A stretch of 63,002 bases of DNA, the filler included, from Reclinomonas americana ATCC 50394 (taxonomy: Eukaryota): NCBI GenBank assembly GCA_048213135.1. It is 4 parts of 3 records of this genome, joined end to end, with 100 filler letters (N's around TTAATTAATTAA, not from the genome) between each part and the next. Parts side by side here need not be neighbours in the genome. Positions count along the whole stretch, not along the records: positions 1 to 24,274 come from PS015057.1; 3 more parts are not named here. One strand, written 5' to 3'. Under the pieces are notes generated by a model, which searched no databases, had not been told where the DNA came from, and saw only the letters and a program-made list of their open reading frames with translations. Of this stretch, positions 1-18,500 are shown piece by piece. How positions within the stretch are numbered: the stretch's first letter is position 1; every line of letters starts with the position of its first letter. A program made the position numbers and the translations under genes.

Positions 1-77
1 TACGTCGTACGTCGTCGTTCGACTCGGACGTCGACGCGACGGACGTACGGACGACGTAGACGTAGAGTAGACGAGAG

Positions 78-109
<32 letters not shown>

Positions 110-110
110 C
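1..110. other. TACG-cycle noise grading into (GA)n microsatellite; probable 454 flow artefact
   Basis: tacg/gtcg/gacg permutations adjoining a (GA)n tract at a contig end; same pattern at 24393-24420 and 57660-57910. Confidence 0.75.
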
Positions 111-194
111 GACAAGCGTGCAGGCCACGGGACACACTCACTGTACTTGTGTAAACAAAGATCGCAGTCACACTTCGTTGTCGTGTGAGAACTC

Positions 195-6410
<6,216 letters not shown>

Positions 6411-6707
6411 TGAGAAGTAAACGATGCAGCAACAACTGCTGTCGCTTGTAGATTCTGTGTGCAGCAAGAGGGTTGCACGAAGTGGAAGTCAACAACTTCG
6501 ACGTCGGCGCTGACCGATTGATGCCTGCAAGTGGAGTCTGGTGAGTACACGCTGCTAGCGTTCAGAGGATGGAGCATGCACTGCTGCAGCTGCAAGCGTG
6601 CTATCCAGTCGACGACGTCGTTTGCATCGTTCTGCGTAGGACAGACTTGTCTCGGCGTGCGGAGGAAGTGGCAAGAGAAGAAGAAGAAGAAAGCGTGTTA
6701 TGCAAGC

Positions 6708-9501
6708 ATGAGGTGCGTCGTTGGTGTTGAAACGCTCGTGCGTGTGTGTGCATTCGCTCTTCGTTGATTTCATCTCGCTCTCTCCTTCCGTCTCTCTCTC
6801 CTGTCCCCCTCTCTCCCTCTCCCTTGCATGGCTATTGATGTTCCTTTTTTGTCGGCAGTGCTCCTGCCCCGCCCGAGAGAAAGAAAGGATGGAAGATGGG
6901 TCAGCGTGGTGATGTACAAGCACTGCGCGAGTTGGTGGCGCGAGAGGGTGCACAGACACTGCTGAAGAGAACGGAGATGGACGACGATGGGTGGTCGGCC
7001 TTCCTGTGGGCTGCAAATTGTGGGCGCCTCGCTGTGCTGGTGTACCTGTGGGAGGAGAGCGGCATCGGCGTGCAGCTCGTTCACCTTGCGAACCACCTTG
7101 GCTGGACACCGTTGATGACAGCGGCATACAATGGGCGACTGCAAGTAGTGGAGTGGCTGCTGGCCGATGAGCGACGATGCAACGTGTGGGCGGTCACCAA
7201 TGATCGCGACAGCAATTCGTGGTCCACGGCACTTCATTACGCCGCCGTCGAAGGCCACATTGATGTTGTGCGACTGCTGGCCTCTCGCTATACTGGCCTC
7301 ATTCCAATGGTCGACAAAGAGGGCAAGACAGCAGCTCAATTGGCTCGCGGCAAGGACCACTTGGAAGTCGCCGAGTTGCTTGAGCGCCTCGCAGCGCAGC
7401 TCCCAGGTGGGTCTCCTGCTTCTCGACTCGCATGTGCTTCTCTCTCACTCAATTTATCGTGTTGCGCAGAGGCACGACAACAGGTGAGACTGATCCTCTT
7501 GTCTCACTTGTGCGAGTCCATAGTGTTCGCTGAAGTTAAACACCAGGTTGCTGACAAGGACGCCCTCGCTGCGCACCTTCGACTTGGCGCCGACGTGCAT
7601 CAACAACAACGGTGCGTCAGGCTGTGTGTCGACAGTTTTCCTCTTCTCATATCTCGCTGATGTGGNNNNNNNNNNNNNNNNNNNNGCAAACGCACCTGCG
7701 GGCAGCTCAGCGAGGAGCTCGGCCACCGACTGATGGCCCTTCTTGCGTGCCACATCAGCTGCCGATTCGCCCTCCTTGTTGACCAGGGGAACGAGGTCGG
7801 GAAAATGACTGGCGAGGAGGTGCACAACGGCTTGGTGACCTGCGAAAGCAGCATGATGAAGCGCAGTGGATTGATCAACGCTGGCCGCCCACACGTTGTG
7901 TCGTCGCTCATCGGCCAGCAGCCACTCCACAACATCCACATGCCCATAGTAGGCAGCCTGCATCAACGGTGTCCAGCCATTGCCGTCCACCATGAATGCG
8001 AGTTGCTGGCCAACGCCGCTCTCCTCCCAGAGGTACTCCATCACCGAGAGGTGACCGTACGAAGCCGCCCAATAGAATACCGAACCACCAGAGGCACTGT
8101 CCATCTCATCTCTCTTGAGCAGCACCTGTGCACCCTCACGCGCCACCAGCTCACGCAGTGCTTGCACATTGCCGTCCCACGCCATCTCGAAGGCTTTATC
8201 TCTGCAAAACACACGTTNNNNNNNNNNNNNNNNNNNNCTTCTCGGCATACCGTCATCACAGCCGCTAAAAACGTTTCTTCTTGTCACACAGCTGGCACGT
8301 CACCGCATCCACAGGTGAGTGCCCGGCTTCCTTTTCCAGTCTCTCTTTGAGATCCTCATCGGAAGCATGTCGTCGTCCGCCAGGTTGCTGGTTCCGATGG
8401 TGATACAAGACATGGCGTAGAACGGCTGTGGTGCGTGGATTCACTTGGCTGTTCGTTCTTCGCATTCACTGTTTCCAAACTCTCTGTGTGGTTTGCAGTG
8501 CTCCTTCTCCACGGTGGCGGAAGAAAGCACATCAACTGGCGTACGATGGCAACGTGAAAGCGTTGCACGAGTTGGTAAGACGCGAGGGCGCAGAGATTCT
8601 TCTGAGTAGTGAGGAGGTCGACGAGGATGGCTGCACGGCATTCGATTATGCCGCATACCGAGGACATTTGTCGGTGTTGGTGTATTTGTGGGAGGAGAAG
8701 GGTGTGGAGACGCAGCTCGCGCATGCGGTCGATAGCGCTGGCTGGACTCCATTCTTGTCTGCGGCCGCCCGTGGGCATCTCCCAGTGGTGGAGTGGTTGC
8801 TTGCCGATGATCGTCGATGTCCGCCGGAGATGGTGCGGGCGGTCACGAATGACAGGGACCCCAGTCCGCAGTCGACTGTACTGCACTATGCTGCCATGAA
8901 TGGCCATGAGGCTATCGTGCGACTGCTTGCCACTCGATTCCCCGACCTCATTCCCATGGTCAACGGCGCGGGCAAGACGGCAGCTGAGATGGCTCGGGAA
9001 TATGGCGAGTCGGATGTGGCCGAGTTACTCGACCACCTTGCTGCACAGCCTGAAGGTCTGTCTATTTCCTCCTACAAGGAAACGATTATCCTTTTTCGTT
9101 CTGACTCGTCTTAATGTTTTTTTCTGGTCACACAACTAGAACACCAGCTGGTGAGACCACTAATTTTCTCACACATTAATCAGCATACCTTACTCACTCT
9201 CCTGCATGCAGGAGGTTGGGTCGCCGTTACTCGCTCAGCAGCTCGCCGAGGCATCTGCTCTCAACGCGCAACTCCAACGCGAACTCGACGCAGCGCTCCA
9301 GGAACAGGAGCAGCGACAACAGGCATGGGACCGACAGCGACGCGAGTTTGAGAGCATTGTTGCTCAGCTGCAACGCAAATCGACTGCCGATGAGGAGCAT
9401 ATCGTGCGATTGGAGCACGACATAGCAGCACTGCGATTTGATCTGGAACGACACACGCAGGCACCGTCCACCGGGCGGCAATGACCTACCGCCCCTCCGC
9501 G
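6708..9501 (+). CDS. Tandem paralogue: 3 ankyrin cassettes + coiled coil; 3' end unresolved (gap 9645-10179)
   Basis: Same ATGAG|GTGCGT first exon (6708-6712). Ankyrin exons 6859-7406, one inside the inverted piece 7686-8217, and ~8499-9055. The coiled-coil exon from ~9212 is homologous to gene 1. The TGA at 9482 disappears if one G of a GGG run is removed. Confidence 0.75.
7686..8217 (-). other. Ankyrin cassette lying inverted between two 20-N gaps
   Basis: Its reverse complement joins both flanks as in the paralogous cassettes (ctgatgtgg|aacgtgtgtt, cf. 2641-2660; gtttgc|cttctcg, cf. 1611-1619). Confidence 0.85.
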
Positions 9502-10538
9502 GTGAGATTGTCACGTGAATATCTATTTACTCACAATCTGTCGCTGACATTTCTTACGATGCACGCTGATGAATCCAAGTGTGACATTTTTTTCCGTGGA
9601 CACGTCGACACGGATCCTTGTTGTGGCCGCGATTCAAACAAGCANNNNNNNNNNNNNNNNNNNNNNNNNNNNNNNNNNNNNNNNNNNNNNNNNNNNNNNN
9701 NNNNNNNNNNNNNNNNNNNNNNNNNNNNNNNNNNNNNNNNNNNNNNNNNNNNNNNNNNNNNNNNNNNNNNNNNNNNNNNNNNNNNNNNNNNNNNNNNNNN
9801 NNNNNNNNNNNNNNNNNNNNNNNNNNNNNNNNNNNNNNNNNNNNNNNNNNNNNNNNNNNNNNNNNNNNNNNNNNNNNNNNNNNNNNNNNNNNNNNNNNNN
9901 NNNNNNNNNNNNNNNNNNNNNNNNNNNNNNNNNNNNNNNNNNNNNNNNNNNNNNNNNNNNNNNNNNNNNNNNNNNNNNNNNNNNNNNNNNNNNNNNNNNN
10001 NNNNNNNNNNNNNNNNNNNNNNNNNNNNNNNNNNNNNNNNNNNNNNNNNNNNNNNNNNNNNNNNNNNNNNNNNNNNNNNNNNNNNNNNNNNNNNNNNNNN
10101 NNNNNNNNNNNNNNNNNNNNNNNNNNNNNNNNNNNNNNNNNNNNNNNNNNNNNNNNNNNNNNNNNNNNNNNNNNNNNNNTGGCGACGATGCAGAAGGAGA
10201 GAGACAGATGAGTTGGTGAACGGCGATGCATAATGGTGACACCAAGCACAAAGAGAGGACGCGAAGAAACAGGGAGTGTGCAAGAGCAAAATGGGAGAAA
10301 GAAAGACTCAGAATGAAGGAAGGATGTACGTGCGTTAAGTAGAGAAGTAAGCATCAGAAAGAGTGAGGTAATGAGCACAAAAACAGCGTAGTCAAGCAAG
10401 AATGAGAAAAAGATTGCACGCAGAATGAGAGGCAACGCGAAAACTGACAAAGAGCGGAGAATGACGGCGACTCGCCGAAGCAGAATTCAGATGTATCGTT
10501 CGACCCTCATACCCCCCCCCCTTTCTCCCTTCGTCCAC

Positions 10539-13500
10539 TCACCCCCACTGAGCCTGCGACGGCGCCTTGGTGCTCGACAACCAGTAATCGCGAATATTGA
10601 CCCGCGTCCCGCCGTCCGTCTCCACCACCTCCTCCTCGTCTGTGGCCCCCGCCATCGGCACCACCGTGTCGTACACGTCGTCGCCGTAGCGCGCGACCGG
10701 CATCTGGAAGCTGACAAAGCTGGGCGTGCTGCCACGGCGGCCGCCAATGACACCACTCGCGACCCCGTTCGCTCCAGCACTGCCGCCATTGCTGGAGCCA
10801 CCACCGTTGCTGAGATCGTCGCCGTCGTGCTCCGTCATGCCGACCACCACCCCGCCAAGTGCTGCCGCATTGGCCGTGGCCGCGGCGTTGGCCGCGATTG
10901 ACGGCTGTTGCGGATTGGCGTTGGACTGCACTCGTAGTGGCGGGGTGGAGAAGAACTCGCGAGACTTGAAGCGCTTCATCACGGGCGACGGCTGCCATTC
11001 AAGTGAAGAAAAAGTTAGTCAAATATACGACAGACACCGTGCTTCAAAAGTAAAGCGCACTTGCTCCAACTTGATGGTGATGCCGGGATCAGACCGCCGA
11101 TGTCTGGTCGGATCAAAGGCGTCGCCTGGCAAGTCCAGAGCGGGCATGCCGGGAGCACCACCGTACATGCCGTTGCCAGTTTGTGCCGCTGCCGCCGAGG
11201 GATTCTCGCCGGCCGCCGAACTGCTGCCCGACGGCGATGCAGCCGACACGCGCAGATTGGCAAACGATTGTAATGTCGACATGTGCGACGTCTGCGAGTG
11301 CATCGACGACGAGTCCTCGTCCATGGATCGGTGGTGGTGATACTGCTGCTGCTGCTGTTGCTGTTGTGGTTGCATGGAAGGGACGGAGAGCTGTGTGACA
11401 GCGGAGGTGAGCGAGATGGGAAAAAAGAATCGACACACGCACAACTGCACAAGTGGCGAGTCGAACCTGCATGGGCATGCTGACGGGCGGCAATGGTGGC
11501 GCCACCAACACCGATGGTGGAGGCGCCGAGGATAATGACGAGGCAGGCGAGTGACGACCAAACGATGACTCGCCCATGCTGCCTCCCATGGGCATGGGAA
11601 ACTGGGGAAACTGGCCGGGGGCAGCCGACATGAAAGGATTGTGAAACGAGGTAGGTGGTGGAGGCGACGGGCGAAGAGCGGCAGCGGATTGCGAGACCGC
11701 CTCCGAGGCGTGGCGTTTCGGGGCCCGATTCGGCGACACGGTGCCGGAGGGCGGCTGTGGAGTCGACAGGCTATAGGCCATTGGCGACTGCGGCGACTCG
11801 CAGCCACCAAAGTGATACGACGGTGACAGGGTGTTGCTGGAGGCCGACGAGGCGGGAGTCGGGTGTGAATGCCGCCGCGGGGAGATGCGTTCGAAGGGTG
11901 GATGGTGATCGGCGTAGTCGCCGCGCGCCACCTTGCGGGACAGCGTGGAATTCCTGAACAATCAATCAGTGAGACCGATGCACGGGCAGGCGAAGCAGGA
12001 AACACGTCGACTTGCCAGTGATTCTTGATAGAGTTTGCCGGTCGCCCATCAATGACCTTGGCAATGGTGGACCAGCTGTTGCCGTGAATGGCGTGTGCCT
12101 TGACGATTGCCAGATCCTCCTCCTCTGACCAGCCCTCCTTTTTGACCTCCGGGCTCAGGTGGTTGTACCATCTGGGGAGGGGGGGAAGGAAAGGGGAAAG
12201 NNNNNNNNNNNNNNNNNNNNNNNNNNNNNNNNNNNNNNNNNNNNNNNNNNNNNNNNNNNNNNNNNNNNNNNNNNNNNNNNNNNNNNNNNNNNNNNNNNNN
12301 NNNNNNNNNNNNNNNNNNNNNNNNNNNNNNNNNNNNNNNNNNNNNNNNNNNNNNNNNNNNNNNNNNNNNNNNNNNNNNNNNNNNNNNNNNNNNNNNNNNN
12401 NNNNNNNNNNNNNNNNGAGAGAGAGAGAGAGAGCACAGACGAACAAACAGTGAGAGAAAGAGAAAGGTGAAAGCCTGAATAGCACAGCAAAGGAAGAGAA
12501 GTGAGGGGAACCGGAGAAGACAGAGAGAGAGAGAGAGAGAGAGCTCGCACCCGCTGTGTCTCTTGCTGTCTTCTCCGTACTTCAAGTCCCTTGATTTCGC
12601 CTCTCTCTCTCTCTTTCTCTCTCGCTGAGTCCTCATGACCTTTGCGTGCCGTTCCACTCACCGCTCACGACACTGCTTGCCTATTCTACCAGGCAGCTCC
12701 GCCGCCAACTTGCTCCACCGCCGAGCGCCGTGCTCCGTCACCAGCATACGCAGTTTCTCGTCCTCTTCTGGGGTCCACAGCCCTGCCCGACGAAAAACAA
12801 GGATTTGAGTGACGTGAGTGGGACGTGGAATCGCCGACACACGCACTCACCGCGGACATAATCGCGCGATTCCTGCTTTCCCGGCTGCTTGGTGTCTCGA
12901 TATCCAGGCGACAACTCCGCGGATCGGCCAGGTGAACTGAAGCCAGACATGTCAGACAGCGGCGAGGTGCTGCGAGGCGACGGGCCACCCGAGGCCGCAC
13001 CCGGTGGCTGTGCACGGAGAAGGAAGTGGGTGGTGAGCACGAACGTACGTGGAGAATCAAAAAGAAGGCTTTCGTACGCAACAGCCAAAAACTGCGGCAT
13101 CATCAGCGGTGGAACCCACATGCCGTTACCACCGCCACCTCCGCCACCGCCACCACCGGCGTAGCCCACGCCGAGATGCGGCGCACTTCCTGGCGCAGAG
13201 TACATTGGCGTGGCATTCGGGCTCGGAAGCGAGACGCTCAATAGATCGCCACCCATGGCACTGTACATGGGATACGCCTGTGAACGGATGGCGGCATACT
13301 GTTGTTGCTGTTGTTGCTGCTGCTGCTGTAGGTAGTAGGCGGATTGAGGATTGCTGTAGGGTGATGAGACGGGAGAGACTGCGGCGGCTGATGGCGAGAG
13401 GCGCGAAGCAAGCATTGGGTCCTGCGGGAGGGAATGAGCGATGAGAACTAGTTCTGTATCTAACGCGCCACACCGAACTGTCTGAAACACACGGTGAATC

Positions 13501-13860
13501 GGCAAGAAGTCAAACCCGCCAATGAGCACACACACGCCATTCTCGCACCCCACACACAACATAAACATACACACACAGACACGCGAAAGAACACACGATA
13601 TGAGCACTGTCACTTGGTGATGGATGAAGCGGACATACTCCACAGAGAGATGCTCACGTGCGACGGATTAAGCACAAACTCGGCGACGCCAATTGTTGGA
13701 AAGAAGCACAGAAAAAAGAATGAAACACACTCAATGTGAAGCAGTGCACGGCGCCTGTGTGGCGAGCAAGAGAGAGCACGGGCGGAGATGACTGATGATT
13801 ACAAACCCCCAAACTGTGTCCGATCGCTCATTTGCCACTCAGTCTCGCATGCTCTCACAC

Positions 13861-13893
<33 letters not shown>

Positions 13894-14420
13894 GCACACT
13901 GGCATTCACATGCACACAAGCTCACACAAAGCGCAAACAACAGCGCGCGCTCAAGCAACCCGCAAAATACACACTACTGTTCTGTCTCTTTCACACACGC
14001 GCGCGCACAGAGACGCACACGCACGCACAGAAAAGGAGATACACGCGCACACAGAGAGCACATGAGCACATGAGCGTGTGAGAGCGAAAGGCGGAGATGC
14101 TGATATGCGAACCGACAGAGGCACACATAATGTGTAAACAGAACCCACATGCAAAGTGCGAGTGGGAGAGCGCATGAGAGCGCGCGTGTACGTGTGCGAG
14201 TGTGAGAGAAGTGTGCACGAGTGTGTGCGAGTCAAAAGACGCAAAGAGGTGATTGATTGAGAATAGAAAGTAGCCGAGTCGCGCGCGCGCTCTCTCTCGC
14301 TTCCTGTCTCTCTCTCACACACACACACGCACGCTCTCCACACTCACACTCACTCATTCACACACACGCGTGCGCGCAGAGTGCACACTTCAACTCGACT
14401 CACCATCATCTTTCCCCCAC

Positions 14421-14452
<32 letters not shown>

Positions 14453-14939
14453 GCATACACATCTCCCATCACCACACCACTCATTGCCGCCGCCGCCGCC
14501 GCCGCCGCCGATGCCGGCGACACAGGCGCAGAGACGTGTGTTGGCGACGCGCCGGCATGCTGCTGCACTAGCGCGCCCTCCGACGCCAACAACGCCAGCA
14601 TGCGCTGCTGATGCTCGTGCGTCGGACTGAACTGGATGAGCACCGTCGGAGGCGGCAGTGGCGGGGAGGTCGGTGGTGGACTGGCANNNNNNNNNNNNNN
14701 NNNNNNNNNNNNNNNNNNNNNNNNNNNNNNNNNNNNNNNNNNNNNNNNNNNNNNNNNNNNNNNNNNNNNNNNNNNNNNGTCGCCCTTCAATCTACGGAAA
14801 CGCATTTGTTGTGGTGGCGGCGTGTTGAAAACTGCGGTGCCGGCTGTGAGGGTGGTGGGTGGTACATGACAACGGGAAGTGGAGGTGGTGGTGGAGGAGG
14901 CGGAAGAGCGGTGGAAGTGGGAGAGAGCATGAAAGCCAT
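10539..14939 (-). CDS. R2R3-type Myb transcription factor with Q/P/A/G low-complexity arms
   Basis: Spliced repeats GLWTPEEDEKLRMLVTEHGARRWSKLAAELPGRIGKQCRERWYNHL and GWSEEEDLAIVKAHAIHGNSWSTIAKVIDGRPANSIKNHWNSTL. The start at 14939 needs a 1-nt homopolymer correction near 14830, and the terminal exon is uncertain. Confidence 0.85.
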
Positions 14940-15541
14940 GTCGGTGTTGATGGCCAGTGGAGGCGAGCTCGTGCTGGGCGAAGGCCGCGGGGCGTAGAAA
15001 CGAGTGCGTACGAGCGGTCGAACGCGCGCACGCAGAGAGACAGCGCAGAGCGCGTATACGCTCGAGAGGGGACAGAGAGAAAATTGAGTGCACGGCAGCA
15101 TGGAGAGGCCGACTGAGATTGCGTTGTTTGGATTGTTGTTTTGTTTTGTTTTGTTGTTGTTGTTGTTGTTGTTGTGGAGCGTGCGGCCGTCAACTGTCAC
15201 GCTGCATGCGCACCATCCCACTCAACAACTCGACTGGTCCGAAAACTGCGTATGCGAGAATATTTGTCACGCCCCCATTTGTCCACACTCACCACATTCG
15301 TGTCGCGTTGCCAGGAAAGAGGCAGTGGGAGACTCTGTTCTTGTTTTTCTGTCTCTCTCTCTCCCAAGCGCGCACGGCAGCATCTTCTGCCGCACACGTT
15401 CAACCGTCCCTGCAGATCTAGACAACTGCAGCTGGTCATTTGTGCGTACGCCCGCGTAGTTTCCCTCGCAAAAAGACCACCTGCGCTCACCTTTGCCTTC
15501 TCATGTGTGTGCAGCAGTGCGCACGACGCTGGCAGAGAAGC

Positions 15542-18500
15542 ATGTCGTCACGATTGCCTCTTGTCCGCGCGCGCCATGGACATGGCGGCCACTCCGGATC
15601 CCGCGCAGTGCTGATGTGCCTCCTCGTCGCACTGCTGTCGCTGTCGGTCTTGTGCAGCACAGCTGCAGCAGCAGCCACAAGTAAGTGGAAGAGCACACAC
15701 GCACGCACGACACACCGCACACACTCTGCAGTTTCTTTGGATCCGGAGAGCGCACTCTCCTAACTCTGTGAATTTTTTATCCACTCTTGCTCTCTCTCTC
15801 TCTCTGTCCCTCGCGCTGTTGGAGTCTCTCAAGTGCGCGACATGTGTGCGTGTCTCTCTGATGAGAGTGCACCAACAGCGCGCACCATGCAGCCTGTGCA
15901 GTGTCATGCAGAGCGAGAGATGACCGTTTGCGCACATTCGTACCCAAGTCACTGCTTCCCCTTTTTTCTTCTCTGTTGTCGTCTGTCCTCTCTTTTTTGG
16001 CAGTGTGCTGGTGCCATGTATTTGTTTATTCTTTCCTTCTCTTTGTTTTGCACGCGCGCGCGCGACATGCAACAGGTGGAGAGGCCCCACACAATGCAAA
16101 CTCATTTTTCGCGCCAAATTTTCTCTCTCTCTCTTGTCATCGCAGCCCTCTCTCCGAGCAACATCGCGATCAAGGCCGGCACCGCTGGTCAGATCGTCGA
16201 CATCAGTGTCGCTGGCTCGGCCATTGCCTGGTCGACTGCCTCCACTGCCGCTCTCTTCCTCGATCGCTCGTGCGCTGGCAGGTCATCGCCGACCACTGTC
16301 GTCGTCTCCAACTCTGCCGCCTCGCTCACCTTTAACGCGTCGGGTGACGGTAATGGCGGTGAGCGCTATCTGTGCATCGACGTGGACGGTGCGGGTACGG
16401 CCGCACACAACGAGTTTGTGGCCACTGTGTTTGTTTGTTGCGTCTCATCCATCTGTGATCATCATGTCTCCGTCGTTGACTCTCCCTCCCCCCTTCTCTC
16501 CCTCCCTCTCCCTCCCTCCCTCCCTCCCTCCCCCTTTCTACCACCACCATGCAGATGCCATTGGCACTCAGCTGACCAAGACGCCGCAACTCGTGAACGG
16601 TCTCGCCGACTTTCGCTTCAAGGCCACTGGGCAGCACTTTGCCAATCGTCAACTGGGCGCTGGTGGCACGTTTGGCCTGTACTCGACCGCCGACTGCAGT
16701 GGATCGCCGGCACCAAACTCGAGCGTCTCTCTGCAGGCCAGCGATCCGGCTGGTCTGTACGTTGACTTCTCGGTGGCCACTGGCGCGTCATTCGCGCAGG
16801 GTGCTCTGGGTGTGACGGCCGCCGGCTCCTGCAAGCTGGTGACACCGGGCGTGTATTATCTGTGTGGCAAGTTGCGTCGTGGTTGCTGGGGATGAAAGAG
16901 AGTGACATCATCCAAGTGCTCTGCACCATGCCACCTCCTAATGGCGTATATTGGCGTGTGCCTGGCTCTGCCTTGCACCACGACGTGCATCTTCATTCTC
17001 GCTGTTCTCGCTGCGTCAGCGTTTCTGTTTTAGTGTCTCACTCTCCCCTCCGCCATCTCTCATCGTCTCCTTTCCCCTTTGTCAGGTTCCAGGCCGGCGG
17101 CACCGCCGTGTACCGCCTGCAGCCCCTCCCACTCATCGTGACCGCCGCCTCCTCAACGCCAGCAATCTCCTTTGCTGCTCCACCCGTACTCAAGTACGGC
17201 AGCGCCAACTCAATTGTTGTTGGCTCATCGGCTTACAACCTCACCGACTGCACGAGCTTCAAGTTGGTTCCGGCCGGCGCCGACTGCGCCACTCTGTCTG
17301 ACTACTCGACACTGTCCGGAAGTATCGGTGCGGTATTTGTGGGTGCCGGTGCCGACACCTGCCAGTTCATAACTGGTTGTCGCCTGTACCGCGCGACCAT
17401 CACTCCGAATGGATCCAGTGGCGGCGGTGCCTACAAACTGTGTGTGGCGGCCAACAACGGACCGTACGTGTCGGCTGGAGAGTCATTTGCCTCTGGCTTC
17501 ATGACTGTCGGTGGCCTCAGCCCGCGTGGCCCGATGCCCACGTCAACTCCACTCGCCGCTGACGACGTTGATAGTGGTCCTGCCACCCCGAAACCGAGAA
17601 TGTCGACGCTGGCAGTGACGGCAACGACGATCCAGTTCACTTTTGCACGCGAGTTCTTCCGCCGTCCGCGCGTGTTGCTCGGCTTTGCCAGCGTCGGTAG
17701 CCAGCAGCCTGCTGGCCCAATTTCCACCCTGGCCAACGAACCGACCGACGGCACGTTCGCATTCTGTGCGGAGCCGGTGGTGACGGTGGCGAAGCTGTCG
17801 ACTCGCTGCCATGGCGTGTCGACTGACGGCCAGCCGGGACCCACCATCACTCTGAGTTGCGTTCACTACGATGAAGGACAAGGAATTGAAGTGTCACTCA
17901 TCATCCTCTCTCCACTTTGCTGCACATGCAGGCTACTTGGCGTACTATGTGCACCACACCAATGCCCTGTCGATGGATGGTCAGCGCACGCTGACAAGCG
18001 CAGCATGGTTGACGGATGCGGTGAACAAGAACAGCTCGACTGTTGCGTGTTTTGTTTGAGCCGTCGTCGCTTGCGCCTCCCTCAGACTACTTAATCGCTG
18101 TCTTCCACTCGTGCGCAGTTGGTGAGCGTGTCATCCGCGTACCAGTTTGCATCGGTGCCAGCCATTCCTGTGGCCGTCATCGGTCTGCAATCAATTCGCC
18201 AGTCGAGTGTGAGCGATGATGGTCGCGTTCGAGGCGACAACTTTTCGGTGACAAGCAACGCAGCTTCGCGCTCCAGTTTCGTGATCAAGGGAACAGTGAG
18301 TGGCGACTCGCGCATGGAGGCAGTGTCTGCGCGCTTCGCTGTGGCACCGACACGCCCCGACAACACCAACAACAGCGGATTCGTCATGCTGTCGGGAGGT
18401 GCGTTCTCATCTCCTTTTGTTGGAGAGGCATCTTGTCGTCTCTTTGTCTGACCCTTTGCGTGTGGCGCAGAGACAACACACACCAGCAGCACGACGACAC

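Noticed and set aside
9470-9501. In-frame TGA suggesting readthrough or a variant genetic code
   Set aside because: Removing one G from a GGG run restores homology to gene 1, and TGA, TAA and TAG all end other genes here normally.
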